Positions 20,753 to 33,330 of a stretch of DNA of 45,967 nt are shown here, in pieces. The stretch is from contig JAPETS010000080.1 in NCBI GenBank assembly GCA_026023565.1, positions 1 to 45,967 on the forward strand, in the 5' to 3' direction. Positions within the stretch are counted from its first letter, which is position 1; each line of letters opens with the position of its first letter. A model generated the notes under the pieces. That model saw only the letters and a program-made list of their open reading frames with translations, was not told the DNA's origin and made no database searches. The stretch comes from Cirrosporium novae-zelandiae. Lineage: Eukaryota. The position numbers and the translations under genes were made by a program.

Positions 20753-23188
20753 ATGGCGCCTAGCCGTCCCGCAGCTCGAAAAGAAGCTCGGAATTACTCC
20801 AACATTGGACATGTTGGCAGAAGAACTGGAATCACGTTAAAAGATGATGGAGTTAGAGATGAATATGGACTTCAGCCTGTTGATGGGCTCTTTTCATCTC
20901 CAGAGAAATCACCAGACAGAATTAACGGTACGAGGCTGAATGCGACCATTAGCTCTGAAGAAGATATGGATGTAGATCAAAGTATGCTGCGTCTAGATCT
21001 TCTTCATCTAATATATGAGATTGCTAATATGAGTTGCTTCTCAAGGTACCGCGCCAGATCCCAAGGATGTGCTGTCTGTTCGTCGCCCATATCTTCCTCC
21101 CCCTCGAGCGCGCTCTCCCCTTAAAACAAACCTGAACTCCTCACCACGACGATCTACAATTTCTTCTCCTACGCGACATATTTCTAGCAGTCCAGGTCAA
21201 TCCTCGTCGCAACCGGTCACAAGAAGACTGAACTTTTCTACAGCAGATATGAATACCACATTAGCACGTTCTTCGGCTGATATTGGTTCATCGCCTCCAG
21301 AGATACCAAATGGACGGTATCAGCGCGAACTTTCAGACCAAGACCAAACTTTTTCGGATGATGAAGTGTTACCTATGGGAATGGATGATGAACCAATCGA
21401 TAACCTTTTAAAAACTAATGATAATGATGCTGCGCATGAAGAGGCTACGGATGAGGAACGGGAGGAGACGGAATCACCTATCAGGGAGACTTTTAAGAAA
21501 CCGGCGCCAATCAAATCGCCGCCTCGAAAGCCGCAACCTTCAAAGGGAAAGGGAAGGGGAAGAAAAAAAGCTGCTAAAGATGGAGGGGAAGTTTCAGCGG
21601 CCAATGCCAAAGGCAATAAACGAGGCGCAAAGGTCGCAGATGAGGCTGGATCGGATATTGAATTACAAGCGGAAGCAGAAGAAGCAGAAGTGGGAGAGCA
21701 AGGAGAGGCAGAGGAGGAGGAGGAGGAAGAAGAGGAATTGGAAGAAGAGGAATTGGAAGAAGAGGAATTGGAAGAAGAGGAGTCGGAAGAAGAGGAATTG
21801 GAAGAAGAGGAGTCGGAAGAAGCGGAAGTAATGGAAGAAGCAGAAGAACAAGTGGAAGCTGAAGAGGCCCCAGAACCTTTAGTAGAAAGAAATCCTGGCA
21901 AGGCCGCTGGAAAAAAGAGGGGTAGAAAAGCAAAAAATGCCAAAGAAGTAGATAATCCAGAGACAGAGGATCCAGAAGCAACCGAAAGATCCCCAAAACG
22001 TCAAAAGCCATCGCAGGATGAGAAACCGCGCCCAGGAAAAAGAGGTAGACCACCAAGAGGTTCAAAACCACCGACAGATGGCAATCCGAATTCGCAAACG
22101 ACCGAGTCAGCTGGTGAAAAGCGTAAAAAACTGCCGGGAAGACCAGGACGAGGGCTGGCATTGCTTAAGCCCGAAGCAAAGGCCAACGAGGGTGAATTGT
22201 ATTCGGTTTCGAGATATGGTCGACATATAATACCGCCTGTGGCATACTGGAGGAACGAGGCAATTATATTCGAAGATGATTCTCAAGAAACGGCTATCGG
22301 GAAAAGATTCAGGATGCCTACCATCGCCGAGGTACGCAGAGTGGATGAAGAAATAGACAGACCGAAAAGGACACATAAAAAGGCAGGTCGGAGAAAGAAG
22401 GGGAGAGCGGAGTCGGAAGAAGTGTCCGAGGATGATCGGGAAGAATGGGAAGTGGGAGATGGAATCTTGACAGGTGAAGTGAAAGTATGGGATCCAGAAA
22501 CGGAACAAGCTACAGATGACCATGAAGATAATGGTATTTTTTTCTCTTTTCTCGTTTCTCTTCTTTGGAATAAATTGATTCCGAGAAGCTTCAGCTAATC
22601 CAAAAACAGACATTGCCTTTGCATCAGACAAAATCGAAATGCGTGACGTCAAAGGCGCGACGTTCAAGTTTGCAAAGGCAATCTCCACACCATTCTTCGG
22701 ATCAGGTTTCGTTGATCTTCCTCCCGGTGGTGTCAAAAGACCGAAAAATTCTCGTACCATGCAGATGGTCTTCTTCGTCTTTTATGGAAGGGTCAGCGTC
22801 GACGTGAATGGTTCGACGTTTAATATTGGCAAGGGAGGCATGTGGCAGGTTCCGAGAGGTACGTTTTATCATTTATAATTGTTACACGCCATGAATGTTG
22901 TGTTGCATGGCAATCTCAAAGGGTTGTTTGTGGCCATGCATTATCCTTGGTCTTTGTCTTTACCGCTTTTACATTTCAACTCTTTGTCAATCTCAATCCG
23001 AGACTTGTGCACATGTACAATATCCTTTCCCGGCCACTATTCATCTCTTCAAAAACTAACTCTTTTTTTTTTTCATTAAAAAATATATAGGTAATTCCTA
23101 TAGCATATCAAACCCCTACACCAAACCTGCCCGAATTTTCTTCGCACAAGGTTGCGAGATGTCACCTTCGACGGAAACTGAAGAGTAA
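20753..23188 (+). CDS. MIF2: Inner kinetochore protein CENP-C (Mif2/Cnp3); 4 exons
   Basis: N-terminal GHVGRRTGITLKDDGVRDEYGLQPVDGLFSSP, CENP-C motif SRYGRHIIPPVAYWRNE, AT-hook-like KRGRPP, and C-terminal cupin FFGSGFVDLPPGGVKRPKNSRTMQMVFFVFYG...WQVPRGNSYSISN. Introns 20982-21045, 22534-22609 and 22859-23090. Confidence 0.95.
21726..21825 (+). repeat. 15-bp coding minisatellite (GAAGAAGAGGAATTG/GAAGAAGAGGAGTCG) encoding EEEEL/EEEES within MIF2
   Basis: About 6 direct copies visible in the sequence and in the translation. Confidence 0.9.
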
Positions 23189-26100
23189 TGGATCCCTAGA
23201 TCATCCTAGACCATCCCAAAAACCCACGCATTAATGTACATGTACATGGTGGATATGAAAAAAGAATCTAGCCCAAGCGCTCATAGTGGCGCTAATTGTG
23301 GCGTTTTCGTTCGTCGTTCCCCACAGGCAGACATCTTCTTTGCTTACTTACTTACATTAACATGCAAGCCCAAACCCAACCCAAGACCTATTTCTAACCC
23401 TGTTTTGTCACCTCGTCATTTCCTTCCTATGTTAGTCTTAGTCATGTACGTATATATGCAACCAAGCAACAACCAGGGCAAACAACAACAACAGCAGCAA
23501 GAGAAATGGATGGGGGATTTTGTTCGGAGTTCTTTTTGCCCAATATATCGATACCAAAGTTTAGCAGTTGATTGCATGGCATGCATGACATGTATTTTGA
23601 GGGAAAAGGAAAGGATAGAGTTTTATTTTATTTTTCTGGGTAGTTTTATATACCTGTCTGTAGGAAGATGTGGGTTTTTCTTATTAGTGAGGGGGAAATG
23701 GGAATGGGGAATGACAAAAATGAAATGTTTTTTTCAATTGATGATGCTGATATATTCTATTCTATTCTGGTCTGTTCTGTTCTGTTCTGGTTGTGCTTTG
23801 AAGTTTTGTGTGGTAGGTTTTTGGTGTGAATGAAGTTCGGTGGGTTGATGTGTTGGATGAAGTTACTCTGCCCTAACCTAACCTAACCTAACCTGATTTG
23901 ACCAGACCTGACTCGATCCGATCGATTTGACCTGACTCAACACGACTCGACTTAGATTATGTTATGCGTGGATCTTTGGTGAATAAGACTTGGTGAGTTG
24001 ATGTCTTGGATGAAGTTGCCCGAATCCCCAATCCACATACTCTATCCTCTGTACTCCATACTCCATACCCTATACTCACTCACTCACTCACTTACTCAAA
24101 TGAAAAAAAAAATTCATTAATGAGTAGATAAAAAAGAGCAGAAAATCAGTTAGGTCGAGGGAATTTTTTATTTCTTATTTTTTCTTATTTTTTTATTTTA
24201 TTTGAATGTCTGAATGTGGGGGGAAATGAGTCCTACTGGTCTACTGGATAAGAGGGGATGATAAGAGGGAGGTAGAATATAAACCTGTAGACTTCTTGGG
24301 GGAGTAGAGTACAGGTTGTGAGGGGCGCCAGCCTAAAGTTATATAAGCTATTCTATTCTAGATCACTCGTTAGTTAACTAATTAGCAGGTTATCCAAACG
24401 TCCTCTTGGTCTTAGGGGGGGGGGGTTAGGCTTAATTAGCTTATTCCGAGTCCTCTGATATATAGATATATATGTATATAACTCCCATCATCGTCACGAT
24501 CACTATCACCATCTTCTCTCTTATTTTTTCTTCTTCTTCCTCCCCCCCCTTTTTTTTCTTCTTCTTCTCTTCACCTCTATAGCGTTTATATACCTCGTCT
24601 CCCTCTCCCTACAAAAAAAAAATAAAGTTTAGGGTTTACAGTTTAGATATAAAACTGAAGAAAAGAAAAAAAAAATTCAATAAGGAGGGAGGAGGAGATT
24701 GGGGATGGTTATGAATGAGGAGAGATTGTAAAGAGAGGAAGAGAGGAAAGAAGGGGAAAGGATGACGGGGGTGGGAATAGATATTCAAGTTATTCAAGTA
24801 TTCAAATATTCATCGTATATAAAACGACCTACCCTTCATAACACCATACCATATCACAGATATATATATATATATATACACCCACATATCTATCTACATC
24901 AACCACACTCCCTCCAAAATATAACTATATACTACATATCGCACTACTACAAACCAGGTGGCGTATCCGAACGCCTGCACTTGCATCTATACCTGCATTC
25001 ACAAACTCCCCTCTCCCTCCTTCTCTCTCTCTCTATATATATATATAAAGTATATAGATGTATATACTTTAGAAAAAAATGTGATAAAGTAAAAAGGGTT
25101 AGGGGAGGGAGAGATGCATTATAGATTTGTATATCATCAGGGTAAGGGAGAGGGATACAGGTATTAAACAAATAAAATATAAGAAAGAAAAGAAGATGGA
25201 AAAAAAAAAAAAAGAGGGGGAAGGGAGGTTGTGATAATGATGATGTATTTTATACACTCTTTGTTGAATTATTTTAAGTTATCGAAACTATCAAAACTGC
25301 CGATTTTATCCATCCATCCATCCATTCATCTATCCAGTTCACTCCCTTCCACTCCGTTTAAAGCAAGTTACCAAACCTCCATTCTTTCCACTCTTTCCAC
25401 CCCTTTCCCTTACCAATCTCCAAACCCCTCAACCCCCCCCCTAGTTTTAGATGTCATAGTATCTATTACACATAAATAAATAAACATACAACCCCCACCC
25501 CAGGGCTAGAAAAAAAAGAGAGAAAAAAAAAAGAGAAATGAGAATGTCAGAGTTTGAAGAATTTGGGGAAATAAGAAATAAATAAAAAAAAATAAGAAGT
25601 GGGAAATAGGGAAATGGATATTAATCTTTAAGTAGAAGTTGGATGATGATGATGATGATACAGAATTAGGACGTCAAGGAATTAGATATAAGATTGTCGA
25701 TTTAAGTAATTGGCTAGACTAATTCATGAGTAAGTAAGTACATGTAATACGTGAGTAATAAGTGATCAATCAGGCCCATTATTGGCTACGCTTAACCAAT
25801 AAGCCCAAAACCCAAGTTTAAAGCTTATAGACGGGGGGGTTGTTGTAGTTGGATAAAATAGCTAAAATGGTAATTTTATGGTCATGATGTCAAAGACATA
25901 TCCTATCCATCCATCTAAAACTTACCTATCTACCTTACCACCCTAACCTTACGTTTCCCTATCCCCCCCCTTCAAAAGCCAAAAAAAAAAAAAAGGGACG
26001 TGGGATATAAGACTATATATATATATATAACCAGGCCTGTGGCGAATAAGCAGGCAAGGTTCAAGTCCTTCCCTATCTCCATTTCCATCTCCATCTTCCC

Positions 26101-28574
26101 TCCTTCCACAATCTATAACCCACACACAAATCCATAAATCCATAAAAAAAATCCCTAAACACCCCCCCAAAAAAAAATTAATTATTCGGAGGGGGTGGTG
26201 GTGTTGGAGAAATTGATATTTGGGGGAATTTAAGATAGGGATATGTGGATGGGATATGATGATGGGTTAGGAAAAAGAATTGGTTTGTATTTGATTGACT
26301 GATTTATGGGTTAGGTAGGGGGGTGGTTTATATAGGGAGAAGTGAGAGGAGGAGGAGGAGAAGGAGAAGGAAAGAAAATATAAAGAAGAAAAAAAAAGAG
26401 GGGGGAGGGGAGGAAGGAGAATAAAAAAAAAGGAAAAAAAGATAAAAAGAGGGGAGATGGAAATATTATGGATTGGATTGGACTGGATGGATAGATAGAT
26501 AAATAATAAAAAATCCAAAGGTTTTCTTTTCTTGACAATATCTATCTATCTATCTATATATATATCCATTAATCAGTCCTTTTTTTTTTTTTTTTTCCAA
26601 GTTCCCAAAGGTTCTTCATTATAAATTCTAAACGTTGGAAGCAAAGACAGTATTTATTCTCTCTATATTGCTTTACACATGTTATATGTATAGCACACAG
26701 CTACCTTAGATAAGTAGGTAGGTAGGTAGGTAGGTAGGTAGGTTATTATCCTATATTATTGTCAAGGGTCAAGGATTGGGTCTCTCTATAGCGTAGGTAG
26801 CGGTATGGGTGTGTTGCTCGCGCGTACAATAGTAGTATCTTAATAGTAGTATATCAGTATATCAGTATAACACAAGACTTCAAGCTGGGCTTTCCTTTCC
26901 TATCCTCCTCCTTTCCCCTCTATATAAAGTCCTTATCCTTCGGTGACTTATCGGCGCCTCGTAGCACCACATCCTCGCCTACGTTCCGCCTTCGGTCCGT
27001 AGGTCTAGAGCCCTCGTCCTAAGTAAGTGCTCTACTCTCCTTTCCTTTGTGACAATTATCCTATATCCCCACATCCCCCCCCCCCTTTTCTTTTTTTTTT
27101 TTTTCTTCTTCTTAGGGCTTAGCTACCTAGGTCGGTTATCTAGGTATCCAGGTCCTTAAAACCGTTATTAGCTTAATTTGCCCCCTTCTAACATTCTAAC
27201 ATTCTAACAAGTATTAAGCTCCCTAGAAGTTCCTATTCTCTTCGAATAGAAAAGAAGAAGAAGAAGAAGAAGAAGAAGAAGAATGATGGGAGAGATAGAA
27301 AATAAAAGGTAAGAGATGGGGTATTTTCATTTTTCATGTTTCATTCCATATTATCCAAAATCCCACACATCTTTTTTTCTTCTTTCCTTTCCTTCCTTTC
27401 CTGTCTTTGTTCCTTTATGTTATGTTCCCCACATTTGGGGTTGAAGGGGGGTCAAAAGGATTATTAAAGGGTTAAAGAGTTGGGAGATTCTAGGATTCTA
27501 GGATTCTGGGATGAGGCTTAAGGCTTAAGGGGATATAGGATAGTTGAGCTGATAGATAGAAAAAAATAGATTGGTGATATTGGGGGGAGTATTTGGGGGT
27601 GTTTGGGTTGGATTGGATGGTATAGATTGGTGAGTTGGCGGGTGGATGGAGGGAGGGAGTTAGGACGTTAAGCCGTTAGGATGTTGATTTATATATGCAG
27701 TAAATGCAGATGCGAATATAGGTCCAAGAGACTCGGGTTTATTATTTATATTTATTTTTAGATCTAGACTTGAAGTCAGATTTAGACTTGTATATCTAAA
27801 AGTAAAACGAATCAACAAAGATATATAAAAAAATATGCCCTGTGTTTGCGTATGTACGTAGGTATGTATATATGTATGTAGGTAATGTGTATAAAGGGAA
27901 ACAGGAATGTGGAGATCAGGGGATGTGGAGATGGAGAGTTGATTGATTTGTAGATGGATGGTAAGTGGTGAGTGATGAATAGTGAATCTACCTACCCATC
28001 TATCCATGTTTGCCAGTGTGTTGCGTTATAAAAATTTATAGAATTATGCATAGACTTGGGGGGGGGGGTTATTTTGGGATAGCATGTAAGTATGTTTCTA
28101 ATAAGTACATCATCAGATAGACATAAGAGGGACGTACACCAAAGCAAATTGTTAGGTTTTAGATAGATGTGTGGGTATGTGGATATATAATCATCGCCAT
28201 AGTCGTTCATCCTTCATCACCAGCCCACCAGAGCCCCTACCATACCCATACTCATACTCATACTCATACTCCATCGCAATCACACATAATCGAGAGAGAA
28301 AGAACCGAGCCCTTATCATAGCAGCCTATAAACCAAAACTAAACAGAAGTAAGTTAAAGCAGAATGAAAAATTGAAATTGGTAATTAACACGCACGCACA
28401 CACGGGTCTGTTAAATATATAAATAATGGGTTAGGGATGGGGGTGGGGGGGGTTTTTTTTTGGATGGTGGATTGGATGGGATTGGATGGGATTGGATGGG
28501 AACGTATGGTTGTTTAGGGATAGGAATGGGAGTGGGTGAGGGGGAAGGGGGGTATTGAATGTGTTTAGAGGATG

Positions 28575-29920
28575 GGGATGGAGATGTTGTTTAAAAACTG
28601 AAAAGAGAGCCTTGCGATGGGATATATCTTCTTCGCCTATTGTTAGAAATAAGGTGGGGATGTTAGGAAAGGAGAGATCATGGCATGGTTAATAAGATGT
28701 AGGATCATTAAGGCTCATTCATTAGAATAGAGATGTCATTTAAAAAAAGACCGCAAAAGGCTTCTCAATGGAATATATCTTCGTTTATTACCAGAAATGT
28801 CATGTAGGGGTTGCAAAAAGAAGGATCATGAAATATTTAAAAAAAAATGGGGAAGTGGGATAGGATTATTATAGCTCATCTGTTGAAGACATGACTGTTG
28901 TTTAAAAAATCAAAATAAACCAGATATAGTTTTTAGATATCTTCTTCCATCACGAGAAATGGAGTGTAGGGTTGTTAAGAAATTATTCTGATATGTTTAA
29001 TAGATGTAAAAGTGGGATAAGAGTATCAAGGCTCGTGAGTTAGGATAGGGATCTCGTTCAAGTATCAAAACAAGCTATGGAAAGCTTTTGAATGGGGTGT
29101 AGTGTTGTTAAGGAAAAACTATAATATACTTAACAGATGTAGAATAGGATGAAACCATGAACACCTATTCATTGGAATAGAGATGTCGTTCAAGTATCAA
29201 AAAAAGCTATAGAAAGTACTTGGATGGGATATATTTTCGTCTATTGTTAGAAATGAGGTGAGGATGCTGAGAAGGAAGAGACTATGATATGTTTAAGAGA
29301 CGTGGAAGGATAGAATTATCAGAACTCGTTCATTAAAATAGAGATGTTGTTCAAGTATTAAGACAAGCGATAGCAAGCTTTTGGATGGGATATATCTTCT
29401 TCTACCACGAGAAATGTAGTGTGGTGTTGTTAAGGAGAGATCATGACATATTTAAGAGGTGTAAAAATAAAGTAAGACCATGAAGACTCAATCCTTAGAA
29501 TAGGGATGTTGTTCACTGCAAAGGACTTCTCAGTAAAATATATTCACTTCCATCACTAGATATATGGCGTGGTGTTGATAAGGAGAGACCATGACATGTT
29601 TAACGAATGTGGAAGTAAGATAAAATATCAACACTCATCTGTTGAAGAAATATCTGTCGGTTAAGAATCAAGACAAGCTAGAAATAGCTTTTAGATATCT
29701 TCTTCTATCACGAGAAATGGCGTGTGGGGCTGTTGAGGAAAGATCATGAAACACTTGACAAGATATAAAACACAACAAAACCATAAACACCCATTCATTC
29801 AGTATAATAAGCATGTCATTCAAAAACTGAGAAGAACTTTCGATAAAATATATCGTCGTCCATCATCAACCCTATGCGATGCCGTGCTGTGGAGGCGAGA
29901 CCATGAAACACCTGACAAGA
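28575..29920. repeat. Degenerate tandem satellite, ~9 monomers of ~130-165 bp, with ~760-bp higher-order periodicity
   Basis: Recurring blocks GAGATG(T/C)..TT.AA, GATATATCTTC, AGAAATG and GA(T/C)CATGA; AGAAAT-like anchors at about 28645, 28793, 28955, 29249, 29410, 29558 and 29713. Confidence 0.85.
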
Positions 29921-32900
29921 TACAGAACAAAGCTGAACAAACCACAATCACCCATCAAAACGAAACCATGACCAAAACCACAATCAATCCTAAATGGAAA
30001 TGCATCATCGTCGTCCACCGGTGGAGAAGAAACCCTTAGCAGATGTAACCACGCAAAACGGAATAAAGCCACAAGACAATTCATTAATTAGAACAAAAAA
30101 CCATGATTCAAAAAATCCCAAACAACTTGTTGATAAAAAAAAGGCATCGTCGTCGTTCATCACAAGGCCTTCGCAATACTCTCCAGATCATCGAATATAT
30201 TAACTATGACGTCACACCGTTTTCCAATTTGGATGGGCTCTAAAAAAAAGGGAAAGAAAATAGGAAAAAGGCGACCAAAAGGTCCGTCCGCGACGATCTC
30301 CCCCCCAAAACAATCGCCCACGTGGTACATAAAGGAACAACAACTAAAACTTGACCGCCTCGCCTGGTTCCGAAATTTCGCTCAATCGTACAGGAAAAAA
30401 AAAAAAAACAAAAACAAGAGGGAGACAATCAAAAATCCCATTTTCCGAAACCTGCCAACTACCTATTTCAATTTTTTGGGCCGTCTCTGCCTGTGCTTTG
30501 CCCGCCCCGACTTTTGGGGAAAAAAAAATCAAACTAAAACCGTTCAGGCAGTGTTGCATTTGAAGCTTTGATGTTATCGAAGCGTTCCTTCTTGCAGTAT
30601 TCTTTCCAGCTTCTTGTGGAGCTTGTTCCATCTCCCTCGTGGGGGCAGCGGATGAGCTGGTCCTTTTTTCAGTTATTGCTTCTTTTTTATTTTTGCCTTT
30701 GTCATACCGAGCGCCCTGTTTGCCACGCAGCTGATGAACCGGGCTTCTGCACCAGGCTTTGATGCTAGTGTTGATGTTGTTATTGTCGGTGTCGTTGACT
30801 TGGGAGTTGTGAGCTCTCATTTTACCGGAGTTTCTCCAGTTTAGTCCCTCGACTGTATCAGAAATGTCCAAACCTTCTTTGACCTGCTTTTGGGCTCTGG
30901 GATACCTGTCCATATGAGCTTGCTCCAGGATTAAAGATGCATTCAGTCGGTGAACCGCCCGTGGTGACATGTAAAGAGAAAGCAATGTAAAAGTTGGGCT
31001 ATCTTGCGCTAGTTAGATGACAGCGGTTCTGGATGCGGTCGAGGTTTGGATCTGGGTTTGGACTTGGGTTTGGAGATTCCGAGTCACATTCAAGTACGCA
31101 TAGATAGATCATCATAACGATATCAGAGGAACGAAACCATCCTTAAGAATCCAAATTATTCACGGGAAAGCTGTTAACTGCTGCAGCTATTATCTTCAGC
31201 AGATTAGGCGCGCTTAACATATTTCAATTGGGCCCTGAAAGGGAGAGAGTAAAAAAAATCGGAATGGGAGATGTCTGTGTAGCAATATTAGAAACACCAC
31301 TCAAAACAACCACGGCATAAAAGCTGCAGGTCATGATACGTCAACAACCAACATGCGACTGTTGTATTACCATAGTACAACCCAGCAAATCCGGGCGATG
31401 GAGGCGGGTTGACATCTGTCAGAAAAAGCAACTTTGCACAAGAAAAATCTACTGCAGGTTGTGTGTCGAGAATTGGCTTGATATTTGGGTCACACATGGC
31501 GATGATCAAGACGTGGCAACCAGGGCTGCAAAGTTTCAGATGATGCAATCATGCGAGTGGAAGCATGCTGCGTTAGAAGGCTGCAGGTGCTTGACCATAT
31601 CATTTGGAATAATATTAATATATCCAAAGCTGAGAAGCCGATGATGAAGAAAATCAACTTCAGGGTAGATGTTTTTATCGATGAGATCATTAATTTCTGT
31701 TGAGCTCTTCCTCGGTAACTTTACAGATATTCATTTCATGGTTCAAACCGATGTATAGTTTTTCCATGTCAAGTTTAATGGAGACATCGGAGTAAAGGAA
31801 AGCCTCACTTTGCCGCCTGAGAAAAATAGATTCAATATACGAGTCTCGGTATATGGTTTGCGCCAGGCACCGCGATCGATATGAGCAGATAAGGATTACC
31901 AAAAGAGATTTGCTCTAGATGTGTAGGTTAGACTCCAAAGCAAAAGCACAAGAGGGAAGCAGCTAAGCGTAATTGCGCTAGAATGTCTCGCACTCGAACA
32001 ATAGTGTTCCATGGAAGGTATAAAACTACTCAATTGGACCGACTCAGAAAACTGTTAGTCAGCGGAAATGGTCTAGAGGTCTAGGATTCGAAAGTGAAGC
32101 CTTTTGGAGCATGGACGAACTAATGACTGGAGAGAGAAAGCGTTTAGGTGGGGTGTCACGGTTGATAGTTTCAAGGTGTTGTGCAGATTCCAGAACAGGT
32201 TAAAATGGGGTTAAATGATCAAGGGTTCCAAGATGGGGGTTGGAGTGGTTAGAGATAGGCAGGTATAGGCGACAGCAGATCTCACAGTCGATCTGTAATA
32301 CATATCACGATTTACCCCCTCGACCCCCCCTCGACCTTGATGGTCGCTGGCTTGGTGTTTGGGTCCTGGATGAGCTATAAAGAGAGTTGAAGCACAGACA
32401 AGGTTATCCAGGTAGACCTAAGCAGAGTTGAAAAAAGACAAGGAACCAAAGATGGATTAGTCTCAGGTGATAGACTTCCTAGTCCCGTGTGGGGAAGATG
32501 AGACAAGATGGAACATCAAGATGTTACTTTTCTCCAAATCATCCAAAAGACTGCAAAGCTCTCTCAGCAGGTCCAGAGGAAGACATGTCAAAGACCCGAG
32601 AAATGTCCGATGAAGAGGTGTAGATACTCCAGAGTCTAGAGAAGAAAGTACATGAAGGAATTTTTCCTCTTTCGAACAGAACGTGGATGATGGTTGTTCA
32701 CTGGATGGTGCGTATAGTCAGTCCTCGTACGATAATATTTGACTATCAAATGGTTAATCATGATTCATTCATTGTTTGGTTCAAAAGAATCGAGGAGGGG
32801 AGGATAGAGGATAGTTTCTACTCCCGACGTGTTCAACCGAGAAGAAAGAAAGGCGTTCGCGCCAAAGAAGTAAAAAGGAAAAGAAGGATTGTTGTTGCTG

Positions 32901-33280
32901 TCAGTCATTTTCATTTGATATCCACTGGTCCGTTGAACCAATTAACCGGCGGCTCAAAAAAAGAAAAGCTCCGATTTAACCGGATATGTCGCCTTATGAA
33001 ATGATTAGATAATCAAGTTTCTGGTAAAGTTTGGTAGTTTTCGTTGTGGGAATTCTTTAGTCAACCACTGACAGCCACTGTTTCGGATCATTCAACCGAG
33101 CACTGACCGCTCTTTGAACCCTTTCCCATTCTTCTTACTTGGAGTACCCAGCCTTTTCCCTTTTCCCACCTTTCCCACCTTTCCCACCTTTCCCACACCT
33201 ATCTTCCACCCTTTCATCCTTTCTTTCCCCAAGAGGAACAATGTCCAATGTCCAATGTCCACCAATATCCCTCCCCCCCC

Positions 33281-33330
33281 ACCTAATCACCTAATCACCT
33301 AATCATCTAATCACTTAATCACCTAATCCA
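33281..33330 (+). repeat. (CCTAATCA)n 8-bp minisatellite
   Basis: About 6 near-perfect direct copies. Confidence 0.85.

Noticed and set aside
21320..22760. Long antisense ORFs (207, 195 and 217 aa)
   Set aside because: They are shadows of the purine-rich MIF2 coding strand.
23234..23833. 199-aa ORF after MIF2
   Set aside because: Low-complexity 3'-UTR-like sequence with no recognisable domain.
23871..23895. (CCTAA)n as a telomeric repeat
   Set aside because: Short internal pentamer microsatellite grading into other pentamers; not a TTAGGG array or chromosome end.
26030..26100. AAGGTTCAAGTCCTT T-arm-like hairpin (tRNA or SINE)
   Set aside because: The upstream sequence is a (TA)n tract; no cloverleaf or A-box is evident.
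28575..29920. CRISPR-like array
   Set aside because: Eukaryotic context, no cas genes, and whole monomers are homologous with no unique spacers.
30344..30985. 213-aa minus-strand ORF
   Set aside because: TTG start, no recognisable motif and runs through homopolymers; cannot be supported, although a lineage-specific gene is not excluded.
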